DNA from: Promethearchaeota archaeon
GTDB lineage: Archaea; Asgardarchaeota; Lokiarchaeia; Sigyniarchaeales; SOKP01
Direction of reading: 5' to 3'
Assembly: GCA_019058445.1 (NCBI GenBank)
Contig: JAHPZA010000006.1
Span: forward strand, 896,001 to 960,000
DNA length: 64,000 bases
Shown: piece by piece, positions 9,590 to 19,132 of the stretch
How the letters are laid out: the number at the start of each line of letters is the position of its first letter
How positions within the stretch are numbered: the first letter of the stretch is position 1
Notes under the pieces: generated by a model
Seen by the model: the letters and a program-made list of their open reading frames with translations, nothing else
Told to the model about the DNA's origin: nothing
Databases searched by the model: none
Program-made: the position numbers and the translations under genes

Positions 9590-10371
9590 TATACTTAATA
9601 TTATACTGGATTTTCATATTTTTATTATTTGGTTTCATAATAATACTACTTTTAGTTGGAATTTTTTTCTTATTTAAAGCATGTCAAAACAGATTGAAAA
9701 ATATTGCCATATTAGGGATTGGTTCTTTAGCATTTCCATTAGGATTTATTGTAAATTTTGTTTTTAATATGGGCCAAGTGTTTCAAGAATATTTTGTATT
9801 TGTTGGATTAATTTCTGTAGTCGTATTTACAAATATGACCTTTTATAAAGGACGAATGAAAAAAGCAAATATAATATTAATAATTGCTATAATTCTAGGT
9901 GTTATACAAATAGTTTTATTAAATTTGTATTATCCTCTTGAAATAAAAAGCGACCTATATTATTATCTAAGACTTTCATTAGATTTGCCATATGTACTTT
10001 TGGTTTTTAATTGGTTGGCATATTCTTGTTATTTAGCATATAGGCGTTTGAAAAATCAAGATATTGAACCATGGATAAAAGTTAGGTACAAATTAATCGC
10101 AATTTCTTCATTCATAATAAGTTTATACCCCATTCCAAGATATTTTCAACCAAGAGAGATCCCTTGGGGAGATCCTACCGATCCAATCAGTCTTCTTATC
10201 TTTGGTATAACAGCAGTAATAGGAATTACTTATGCTATATTACTTTCAATCTCTTGGTTCATGCCAGAATGGATGAAAAAGTATTTTAATAAAGGCTACA
10301 AAAGAGAGCTTGAAAAAGAATTTACCGAAGAAGAATTGACAAATTTAATCAAAAACCAATTAAGTAAATAA
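9586..10371 (+). CDS. Putative 7-TM membrane protein (probable non-canonical ATA start; track start TTG 9694)
   Basis: Frame is open from 9514. Bases 9586-9693 encode an extra TM helix (LYWIFIFLLFGFIIILLLVGIFFLF). AGGTG lies 7 nt before ATA 9586. Six further hydrophobic segments follow. Confidence 0.7.
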   Translation: MVYLILYWIFIFLLFGFIIILLLVGIFFLFKACQNRLKNIAILGIGSLAFPLGFIVNFVFNMGQVFQEYFVFVGLISVVVFTNMTFYKGRMKKANIILIIAIILGVIQIVLLNLYYPLEIKSDLYYYLRLSLDLPYVLLVFNWLAYSCYLAYRRLKNQDIEPWIKVRYKLIAISSFIISLYPIPRYFQPREIPWGDPTDPISLLIFGITAVIGITYAILLSISWFMPEWMKKYFNKGYKRELEKEFTEEELTNLIKNQLSK

Positions 10372-10419
10372 AAGACTCAGAAGTAAAATAAGAAACGATT
10401 ATATGATTATACCATTTTT

Positions 10420-11691
10420 TTAATCAATTTTTCCGATATCCCCCGCATCTCCTTCTCTAACAAAAAGTATAGAAGCTAAAGCTGCCATAAAGAAAAGGGA
10501 AATAATAAGAAAGAAAAAATTAGTCCCCAGGAAATCAATAATAAAACCAATTAAGATAGGTCCTATTATAGCTCCTACGAAAATTGCAAGGAAATAGAGG
10601 CCTGTAGATGTTCCCGTATTTTTACCTGAAGGAAGCAGTTCCCATAGAATAACAACTACATGTATAACCATAAAAGAAAACCCTACTCCCGCTATAATAA
10701 GCCCGATAATTATCATTAGAGGAGTTTGAAATAAATGACAAAATATCATTCCAATAAAAAATGTAATCAGACCTATTTTAATTGTTAATTTTCTTCCAAT
10801 TTTGGTTCCTATTATACCAGAAGGAATAGTCATCAAAAAAAAAGATAAGGATAAAAATATTAATAATGTCCCTGCGGGACCTCTTTCCAATTTCAAGACA
10901 TCTGTGGCATATACACTGAAAAGTGATCTAAGTCCATAATATCCTGCTGAATACAAGAAAATAGCTAATAATATAGCAATTGCACTTTTATCCTTGCTTC
11001 TAAAAATGTAGCTAATATTTTCAATCAAACTTTGAAAAGGACCATCATTATTGCTATCCTTCTTTTTATCCATTTCGATGATTAGTTGATATCCATAAGA
11101 TTCATTTTCATTAATCTTTAGCAACATTAAAATTAAACACAACACCATAATTATAGCAATCATTAAAAATCCGAAAGTAAGGCTAATAGGCACTAAGAAA
11201 AAACTTATAAGAAACGCAAGAATGGAGCCTATACTTGCCATAAAATTAAAAACCGCGTATCCTTTACTTCTGTTGACTGGTTTTATAAAGTCCGGCATAA
11301 GAGCAATAGACTGGGATCTAAAACTCGACATAAAAAAAGTAAATATAACCATATAGAGGAGCAATAACCAGAGAGGATCTGAGCTGGGATTTATAGTTGA
11401 GATAAGGACAAAAAAAAGTGCAGATATAGGAATTCCAACCATTAAATAGGGCATTCTTCTCCCATATTTCGTCCGAGTCTTATCAGAAACAGAACTGATT
11501 ATTGGGATGACAATAATAGGGATAATGTTGAAAATCGCAATCCAAAAACCGACTAATCCATAAGAACCTAAATATTGAAAGAGAGTAATAGATACCTGAG
11601 CATAATAAAAAGTCCAACAGAGTATATTAATAAAAAAACCTAAACTCAGAAAGAGTGTTAAATGTAAATTAAATTTATCTTGTTCGTTCAT
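10420..11691 (-). CDS. MFS transporter, paralog of 7628..8917
   Basis: SDKTRTKYGRRMPY, ALMPDFIKPVNRSKG and LERGPAGT motifs shared with the 7628 gene. Confidence 0.88.
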   Translation of the reverse strand: MNEQDKFNLHLTLFLSLGFFINILCWTFYYAQVSITLFQYLGSYGLVGFWIAIFNIIPIIVIPIISSVSDKTRTKYGRRMPYLMVGIPISALFFVLISTINPSSDPLWLLLLYMVIFTFFMSSFRSQSIALMPDFIKPVNRSKGYAVFNFMASIGSILAFLISFFLVPISLTFGFLMIAIIMVLCLILMLLKINENESYGYQLIIEMDKKKDSNNDGPFQSLIENISYIFRSKDKSAIAILLAIFLYSAGYYGLRSLFSVYATDVLKLERGPAGTLLIFLSLSFFLMTIPSGIIGTKIGRKLTIKIGLITFFIGMIFCHLFQTPLMIIIGLIIAGVGFSFMVIHVVVILWELLPSGKNTGTSTGLYFLAIFVGAIIGPILIGFIIDFLGTNFFFLIISLFFMAALASILFVREGDAGDIGKID

Positions 11692-11706
11692 TTTATCAAG
11701 GAGAAT

Positions 11707-12813
11707 TTAGTTCATATCATCAATAAAAATTTCTTTACCGATTTCTGATGATTTTATAGTAGCTAAATTAAATTTTAAAACATATCTTGCCTGTTCACCA
11801 GATAATATTGGCACTTTATTTCCTTTTACAGCCTCAATAAAATGTTTTGTTGCATTGATAAAACTATATTTCCAATCTTTCTCAAAATCGGTATATATTT
11901 CAACTTTACCGTCTCGAATAATAACTATTGGGGGAAAAACTTCTGAATTTGACATTTTATTTCCAATTGATGTTCCTTGATTAATTTTCATTAAGCCTCG
12001 GCTCCCAATAATTTCAATAAACTCATCTGTAGGATAGTACTTAGAGGGAAGCTCCATTTCTGGCATTAATGCAAATTCCATATTACCATATTGAGGGACT
12101 ATATGCTCTCTACTTGCTTTATATTTCCACATTACGTATGCAGGAGCATCAATCCCTTTATAATTATCTGTCCACGCAAAAACTTTTTCAATATCTTCCC
12201 CAAATAGCCACCATCCTAAAGAAAATGCATGCCAGCCATTATCAAATAAAACAGGGGATCCTTTTTCAGCACCGCCTACCTGATTTGGATCTAATCGCCA
12301 TTTATCAGCACTTTCTGGAACATTCCATCCTCCTTTAACACCCATAGCAACTTTAATTCTAATAGATGAGGGATCCCCTATGTAATCTTGATCAATGAGT
12401 TCCTTTGCTTTAAGAATATGGGGATCAAACATGAAATTTTCATAAATAGACAGAATCGAGCCTGATTTATTACAAGCATCAATCATACAATCTGCTTCTT
12501 TTAATGACATGGCCATTGGCTTTTGAACCGATATACCCTTTATTCCTTTTTGAGCAGCATAAATCACGGCCTCAGCGTGCAGATGATGTGGTAAAAGAAT
12601 TTCTATTATATCTAAGTCCTCATTGTCAATCATTTTTTTATAATCAGAATACACTGGGATTGATTTATTAAGATTAAACGTCTCAATTTTATTTTTAGCT
12701 TTTTCGACAGTTCTATTACTTAAGCATTTGATTTCCACATCGGTATTATTAAGATACCCGAGCACATTTAAATTAAAAATTGCTCCTGTTCCTATTATTC
12801 CTACTTTTAACAT
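11707..12813 (-). CDS. Gfo/Idh/MocA family oxidoreductase (third paralog)
   Basis: GIIGTGAI, LPHHLH, VQKP and DNGWH motifs. Confidence 0.9.
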   Translation of the reverse strand: MLKVGIIGTGAIFNLNVLGYLNNTDVEIKCLSNRTVEKAKNKIETFNLNKSIPVYSDYKKMIDNEDLDIIEILLPHHLHAEAVIYAAQKGIKGISVQKPMAMSLKEADCMIDACNKSGSILSIYENFMFDPHILKAKELIDQDYIGDPSSIRIKVAMGVKGGWNVPESADKWRLDPNQVGGAEKGSPVLFDNGWHAFSLGWWLFGEDIEKVFAWTDNYKGIDAPAYVMWKYKASREHIVPQYGNMEFALMPEMELPSKYYPTDEFIEIIGSRGLMKINQGTSIGNKMSNSEVFPPIVIIRDGKVEIYTDFEKDWKYSFINATKHFIEAVKGNKVPILSGEQARYVLKFNLATIKSSEIGKEIFIDDMN

Positions 12814-12923
12814 AATGTTCCTTCAAAATTTCTATTAAAATTACTTATGTATAATATCCATTTGTAAAAATATTTAATCAAATAAAAATGAATTTTAGTT
12901 TTTCCAACTTTATCAAATATTAA

Positions 12924-15590
12924 TTACATCGTAATTTTCCATTCAAGAGGTTTATTGGGAGCGCTCGATCCTTTCCAAATAAAGGTGTCTCCCTCTAGAA
13001 TTAATTTTTCTATCTTATTATTAATGGTTAAGTTTTTAAACTCTGAAGCTTCACTTTCCTTTATCCTTAATGAGAACTTCCAATTACCTTCTACATTCGG
13101 ATTATACCACCCAGAATATCCCATCTTGGATTTTGAAAACCCTATCAAAGGAGATGAGAACTGATATTCTTCTTTAGGCAAAGAAGGAGAAAACTCCACA
13201 CCTTCTTTAGTAAATTTTGCTCCTATTAAGTGGGTAGTAGTGAAAATTGGCCATGAATGTGGATGTAAATTCATAACGGGAAAATCTGTCCAACTAATAC
13301 TGATATAATCTTCTTTCATTGTTTTCAAATCCTCTGGATCCTTAGTTAGAAAGTATTTAAAGAAGTGTGTATGACCAGGATACTCCGATAATTCTGAGTT
13401 ATACGTATCTGGACCACTCCAAATACCATACCAAATTTCTGGATATATCTCAGCATGCGTGGAGAGTGTGTTTTTTTTCCATTCTTCCCATGCCATCTCT
13501 CCATCTAATAATGATAAAGCCCAAATTAGTGTGCCATTTATAGAAGGCCAAATCCCCCCATTAACTCTCATACCAATTTCTCTACTCATTACTTTTAAAG
13601 GTTGACTGAGTAATCTGGCACCAATTTTAGATGGCTGCCGTACCAACTCATCAATTGATTTCTTTAATATTATACTTTGCTCTGAATCCGCTGCACCACC
13701 AATGATAGCCCAGGGTTGTGGTTCAAGCCATAGTTTTTCTTCTCCTATCCAACCTAAGTCTTCTGTAAACCATGCTCTTTTAAACCATTTACCCGTCCAA
13801 AGATCATGGACAATATCTTTTTGTGAAGTAGCATAATTCAAAGCCTTAACAGCTCCCTGTTCATCATCTATAAATTCTAACATTTCAGAATATATTTTTA
13901 AAGTGTAAGAAGCCATTGCTGCGTTAAGAATACTTTCACCCTTTTCCCTAACTTCATCATGTTTATCATTGGGAACATGTCCTATCACAGCTCCATCATT
14001 CCAATCCCCATTTGATAGGCGCTGAATTCCATGCTTTCCTTTACCAGACACCTCAGTAAAATGGGTAAAGCATCGGGCAAGTATATCTTTTATTGATGCT
14101 TGACTAGCTTTTCTTCCATATACTGGATATGTTGCTATCATTTCTTCAAGGAAGGGTGTATCTCTCGTGGCTAAGATGTATTCACTAGTTAACCATAATA
14201 TCCACATTTCTAAATCACTTGGAAAAAAGGGTTCAGGAAGGATCATCCCATTCCCACATATAGCATAAGGAATTTCCCCGTCTTCATTTACAGTTTTCAA
14301 AGTATATCGGATGATTTCTTTAACTATAGCTGGTTGGGTATAAATAAACGGGAAGACATGTTGTACTGGATCACGGGAGGCACCTTGGAATCCTATAATA
14401 TATTGATATACATGTCCTTGAGATAAGATATGCTCTTTAAAAAAATCGTCGTAAGTCATCGCACTACGTAGATAATAATTGTGCCAAATTAATTCACGTT
14501 GAACCCAATTTTCATCTGGTATATTTAACTTGATTTGATTTTGTTTCCAAGCTTCACATGTATTTTGCCAGTGATTTGATACATTCTTTCTATATTTTTC
14601 CAAAAGCGGTACCAGTTCGATGTCATTGGGTAAATATCCAAAAGCAAAGTATAAGGTCTTGCTTTCACCTGGCGCTAAATGAAAATTTCGCTCTAAAAAT
14701 AAGGCACTTTTCTCATCAGTTGTACCTAAACTTGAAGAAAGGTGAGAATATATACCTTTAGGATTTTTAATTCCCCCTTTAGCGAAAAAATCTGCTCCAT
14801 TAGTAGTATATTTGTCAAAAGGCGCATCTAAAGATACGAGAAAAGTCGATGGGGGAAACATGTCATCAAATGAGGGTCTTGGAATTCTTTTTTTTTTAGC
14901 GTCTTTTCTTCCTTGAAAATATTTCTTTTCAAGAAGTCCCATATTATCTTCAATGATACTAAATTCATGAGTGAATTTTTCGCTAAATTCTCGCCGTAAT
15001 TTTCTTATAAAGGAAACATCCTTATTTTCTATAGAATTACCATAGGCAAGGATTGAAAATTGATGCATTTTACAGCCCCAATATTCTATCCAGCGTAGGT
15101 CTACTGGGACATCTTTATTATTTTGAATTTTAACTTGAGAAATTAAAAGAGGATCATCTCCAAATGGAGCAAAAACAACCTGATCAATTTTAAGATCAGA
15201 ATTTTTTATGATTTTCCTAAAATAACCGATTCCAAAAATTCTTTCAAATGAGCTATAATTCGCGTTATAATACGTAGAAATAAATTTCTCTCCATCTATG
15301 AGATAACCAAAACCTCCTGCGTACTGCCCATATGCTGGATCAAATTCATTGAGATATTTCGGACTTCCTTCATCTTGGCGTACTTGAATATGACCATAAT
15401 TAGAAGCGACCGCCACTAACCTATCATTACCCACTTGATGAATATGCTCATTTTTTAACAGATAAAGCTCTTTCATAGGTGTAATTGCTTTTGGATCTTC
15501 CATTTGATTACATATATATTTATATGCAGGAAGTCCAAATTCATCCTCAATCCATTCGCCAAAATATCCTGATCCATATGTTTTTGCCAT
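12924..15590 (-). CDS. GH94-like glycoside phosphorylase (cellobiose-phosphorylase-like fold)
   Basis: GASRD, GDWND catalytic-type motif, ESIL and NGGIW; 888 aa, in a sugar locus. Confidence 0.7.
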   Translation of the reverse strand: MAKTYGSGYFGEWIEDEFGLPAYKYICNQMEDPKAITPMKELYLLKNEHIHQVGNDRLVAVASNYGHIQVRQDEGSPKYLNEFDPAYGQYAGGFGYLIDGEKFISTYYNANYSSFERIFGIGYFRKIIKNSDLKIDQVVFAPFGDDPLLISQVKIQNNKDVPVDLRWIEYWGCKMHQFSILAYGNSIENKDVSFIRKLRREFSEKFTHEFSIIEDNMGLLEKKYFQGRKDAKKKRIPRPSFDDMFPPSTFLVSLDAPFDKYTTNGADFFAKGGIKNPKGIYSHLSSSLGTTDEKSALFLERNFHLAPGESKTLYFAFGYLPNDIELVPLLEKYRKNVSNHWQNTCEAWKQNQIKLNIPDENWVQRELIWHNYYLRSAMTYDDFFKEHILSQGHVYQYIIGFQGASRDPVQHVFPFIYTQPAIVKEIIRYTLKTVNEDGEIPYAICGNGMILPEPFFPSDLEMWILWLTSEYILATRDTPFLEEMIATYPVYGRKASQASIKDILARCFTHFTEVSGKGKHGIQRLSNGDWNDGAVIGHVPNDKHDEVREKGESILNAAMASYTLKIYSEMLEFIDDEQGAVKALNYATSQKDIVHDLWTGKWFKRAWFTEDLGWIGEEKLWLEPQPWAIIGGAADSEQSIILKKSIDELVRQPSKIGARLLSQPLKVMSREIGMRVNGGIWPSINGTLIWALSLLDGEMAWEEWKKNTLSTHAEIYPEIWYGIWSGPDTYNSELSEYPGHTHFFKYFLTKDPEDLKTMKEDYISISWTDFPVMNLHPHSWPIFTTTHLIGAKFTKEGVEFSPSLPKEEYQFSSPLIGFSKSKMGYSGWYNPNVEGNWKFSLRIKESEASEFKNLTINNKIEKLILEGDTFIWKGSSAPNKPLEWKITM

Positions 15591-15914
15591 CTTTGCTTAT
15601 CACTTGTTAACTTTTTTCAAAATATATTATATATATTTAAAAGGTATGAGTTCCCTCAACTTAAAATTTACCCATTTTGGATTTTTATTACCTATGTACT
15701 TCATTATGTAATAATTATCCAATTCCCTAACCTATCTAATTTTAACAGGACGTATATTAAAAATTTCTATAATGAATTAGATAGGAATATGATCTCTTTA
15801 CAAAAAAACTTAACTATCAAGTTCGATAAAAATTAAATTTAGGCAAGTTTTAAAAGAGCGATATATTTTTTCACATAATTTTACCCCAATATTAGAATTA
15901 GTGGATTATAGCTT

Positions 15915-17321
15915 ATGGAAGAACCAAATAAGAGTCTATCTGTTACATCTAAAGAAGATTATAATCTTACAAGCCAAGAACGATTCACATATTCATTAAC
16001 TCAGTTAGCAAATATAATATTAGCCGGAATATTTGAACTAACCTACGTAAATTTTTTCTGGGACGATTTAAAGCTACAGCAGTTTTATTTCTCAATTGGA
16101 CTGATAATTTATGCGATAGTTAATTCACTCAACGATTTTTATTTAGGGAGGATGAGCGATAATACAAATGTTGAAAAATGGGGTGGCAGACGTTTAATAT
16201 ATATCAAATTCGGGGGTGTTTTATGGGCATTTATCTTATTTGCTATGTGGTTTCCTTGGAGTTATACCAATCAAATTATAATTTTTATTCATTTTGTAGT
16301 TGCTATTTGCGCATTTGATATGTTATTAACTCTGGTTTGGACAGTTTGGTTGGCTGTATTACCCGAATTAACAGAAAATATAGAGGAGAGGAATAAAATC
16401 TCTTTGTATGTCCAATTTATGGGGATCATTGGAGTCTTTCCGGTTTTAATAGCTTTTGTTATCTATGAATCGAGCCTATTAGCCTTCCAAATATTCGCAG
16501 GTGTCTGCGCATTATTATGTGCAATATGTTATTATTATATTGGAAGTAAGCTTAGAGAACGACCAGAATTATATATTCAACAAGAAACAGTTCCATTAGG
16601 AAGATCTCTAAAAGAAGTCTTAAAATCAAAATCATTTGTGACTCTCACAATTTTCAGATGTTTTAATCATATGATCCTTTCACTAAATTTAGGTTTTATT
16701 TTTGCGTATTTTTATGTTTTGGGTGTGGATCTTCTTACGGCTTCATTGCTCTTTTTTCTCAATTCTACATTTATTGCATTTATTGGATATGTAATTTATA
16801 AAAAGCTATCAATGAAGTATGATATGAGAACTCTTGTAATACGGGGAAGAATTCTTCAAATTTTATTAAATATAATTGGATTTTTTGTCATTTTACTAAC
16901 CGGAATGAAGCTAATAATATGGATATTTATTTTTATAAGTAGCATATGTGGAGGATATTTACTCTTTGATTACCCATTGTTAATGTTAATCACAGATGAC
17001 GATGAAGTTACTCACGGGACTCGACGTGAAGGCATGATTATGGGGACTAATGCATTTTTCATAAAAATTGCGCAGAGTCTTGGTCCTATTCTTGGAACCT
17101 TTGTTTTATTGTATTTTGGTTTCGTTCGAGATGCACCCTCACAGACCAATCAGGCAGAATTTGGAATTTTATTTTTATATTTTATAGTTATGTCAATTTT
17201 AAGCTTTCTAGGTTTGTTGGGATTTCTATTTTTTCCATTATACGGAGAAAATATGAAAAATCTCCAAGTAAAACTTCAAGAAATTCATGAGAAAAAGACT
17301 CAAGCTTATAGAACTAGCTAA
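15915..17321 (+). CDS. MFS/GPH-family sugar transporter
   Basis: About 12 TM segments, NSLND...GRMSD...GGRR and DDDE...GTRREG motifs. Confidence 0.88.
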   Translation: MEEPNKSLSVTSKEDYNLTSQERFTYSLTQLANIILAGIFELTYVNFFWDDLKLQQFYFSIGLIIYAIVNSLNDFYLGRMSDNTNVEKWGGRRLIYIKFGGVLWAFILFAMWFPWSYTNQIIIFIHFVVAICAFDMLLTLVWTVWLAVLPELTENIEERNKISLYVQFMGIIGVFPVLIAFVIYESSLLAFQIFAGVCALLCAICYYYIGSKLRERPELYIQQETVPLGRSLKEVLKSKSFVTLTIFRCFNHMILSLNLGFIFAYFYVLGVDLLTASLLFFLNSTFIAFIGYVIYKKLSMKYDMRTLVIRGRILQILLNIIGFFVILLTGMKLIIWIFIFISSICGGYLLFDYPLLMLITDDDEVTHGTRREGMIMGTNAFFIKIAQSLGPILGTFVLLYFGFVRDAPSQTNQAEFGILFLYFIVMSILSFLGLLGFLFFPLYGENMKNLQVKLQEIHEKKTQAYRTS

Positions 17322-17464
17322 ACTTATCTTTTTCTATAATTTTTTTTCAATTAGCTTAAACTTTTTGTAAATCTATGGATATAGTCCCCTTGTTCTAGAA
17401 CTTTTTTTTGACTAGATAGTAATAAATATGAGACAAAAATAATAATCTTTAAGAGGCGAATGGA

Positions 17465-19087
17465 ATGAGTAATTCAAAACAAAAATATATTTTAGCAATA
17501 GATCATGGCACTTCTGGAGCAAAAACTGCAATTGTCTCAACACAGGGAAATGTTATTGATTGGGAGTTTGAAGAAGTTCCGTTACATCTTATTGGAAATC
17601 AAGGAGCGGAACAAGACCCTGATGATTGGTGGAATGCAATAGTAAACACTTCTAAAAAACTCATAGATAAGGGGCATGTACCTGTTGAAGATATCGTTGG
17701 GATATGCAATTCAGGCCAATGGGCAGGAACTGTTGCTCTAGATAAGAACGGACACCATCTTATGAATTCTATAATTTGGTTAGATACTCGCGGTGCTCCT
17801 TACATTAAGGAATTAAATAAGGGTTTAATTAAAGTATCAGGATTTTCAGTGTTTAAGGCTATAAAATGGATTAAAATTACTGGTGGAGGTCCCTCCACTG
17901 TTGGAAATGATCCTATTGGGCATATTTATTTGATAAAGAATGAATATCCAGATATTTATGAAAAAACATATATGTTTTTGGAACCTCAAGATTATGTTAA
18001 TTTACGCTTTACAGGTAAATTTGCTGCATCTGAAGCTTCAATCCATATGCATTGGATAACAGATATTAGAGATATCAACAATATTCATTATTCAAAAAAG
18101 CTTTTAAAAACACTAAAGCTTGAACCAGAGAAATTTCCTCAACTAAAAAAGTCTATAGATATCTTAGGGCCTATTAAACCGGATGTTGCGGACTTACTTG
18201 GCTTAAGTAAAGAAACTAAAGTAGTGATGGGATCTCCAGACATAACTACAGCTGTGATTGGCTCAGGAGCCGTTGCAGATTATCAGGGCCATATATATCT
18301 TGGAACCTCCGATTGGCTTGTTTGCCACGTGCCTTATAAAAAATCCGATGTTTTTCATATAATGGCATCTGTACCAGCAGCAATCCCTGGAAAGTATATG
18401 TTTATAAATGAACAGCAAGTTGCTGGGGCAGCTTTGCAGTTTTTAAGAGATAAGATTTTATACCATAAGGATGAGCTTTTAAAAGAAGAAGAAGTACCAG
18501 ATGTATATAAAATTTTTGATAGAATCGCAGAAAAAGTACCTGCTGGTTCTAATAATCTGATTTTTACACCTTGGCTGTATGGAGAGAGGACTCCTATTGA
18601 GGATCTCACTATTCGGGGGGGATTATATAATCTTTCATTAGAAATGACACGTGAACATATTATAAGAGCTATTTTAGAAGGAATAGCATATAATATACGA
18701 TGGTTATTTATGTATGTGGAAAAGAATATTCAAAAATGGGTCATGAAGGAACGAGCTGGGATGACGAAAAAGGATTTTGTGATGCCAGAGCTCAACATAA
18801 TTGGTGGAGGGGCTCAAAGTAATGTGTGGTGTCAAATATTTGCTGACGTTCTGAACAGAAAAATCAAACAGCTAAAAAATCCAATCCAAGCAAATGCTCG
18901 TGGTGCTGCTTTTATAGCTTCCGTAGGGCTTGGATTTATCGATTGGAATGATATCCCTAAATTTACTGAATATTCAAATATTTTTACCCCTAACCCAGAA
19001 AATCGGAAAGTTTATGATAAGCTGTTTAAAGAATTCATCAATATTTATAAAGCTACACGTAAGATGTATAAACGCTTAAATTCATAG
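17465..19087 (+). CDS. FGGY-family carbohydrate kinase (xylulokinase-like)
   Basis: LAIDHGTSGAK, EQDPDDWW, WLDTR, PWLYGERTP and GGGAQSNVWCQIFADV motifs. Confidence 0.88.
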   Translation: MSNSKQKYILAIDHGTSGAKTAIVSTQGNVIDWEFEEVPLHLIGNQGAEQDPDDWWNAIVNTSKKLIDKGHVPVEDIVGICNSGQWAGTVALDKNGHHLMNSIIWLDTRGAPYIKELNKGLIKVSGFSVFKAIKWIKITGGGPSTVGNDPIGHIYLIKNEYPDIYEKTYMFLEPQDYVNLRFTGKFAASEASIHMHWITDIRDINNIHYSKKLLKTLKLEPEKFPQLKKSIDILGPIKPDVADLLGLSKETKVVMGSPDITTAVIGSGAVADYQGHIYLGTSDWLVCHVPYKKSDVFHIMASVPAAIPGKYMFINEQQVAGAALQFLRDKILYHKDELLKEEEVPDVYKIFDRIAEKVPAGSNNLIFTPWLYGERTPIEDLTIRGGLYNLSLEMTREHIIRAILEGIAYNIRWLFMYVEKNIQKWVMKERAGMTKKDFVMPELNIIGGGAQSNVWCQIFADVLNRKIKQLKNPIQANARGAAFIASVGLGFIDWNDIPKFTEYSNIFTPNPENRKVYDKLFKEFINIYKATRKMYKRLNS

Positions 19088-19132
19088 AGCTTGCTATTAC
19101 CCTTTGAATCTAAAAAATTTTCAGATGATATC

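Noticed and set aside
9586-10371. Microbial rhodopsin
   Set aside because: The last TM helix has no retinal-binding lysine motif (DxxxK or SxxxK).
15647-15712. 21-codon ORF in the divergent intergenic region
   Set aside because: Too short, with no RBS or motif; expected by chance.
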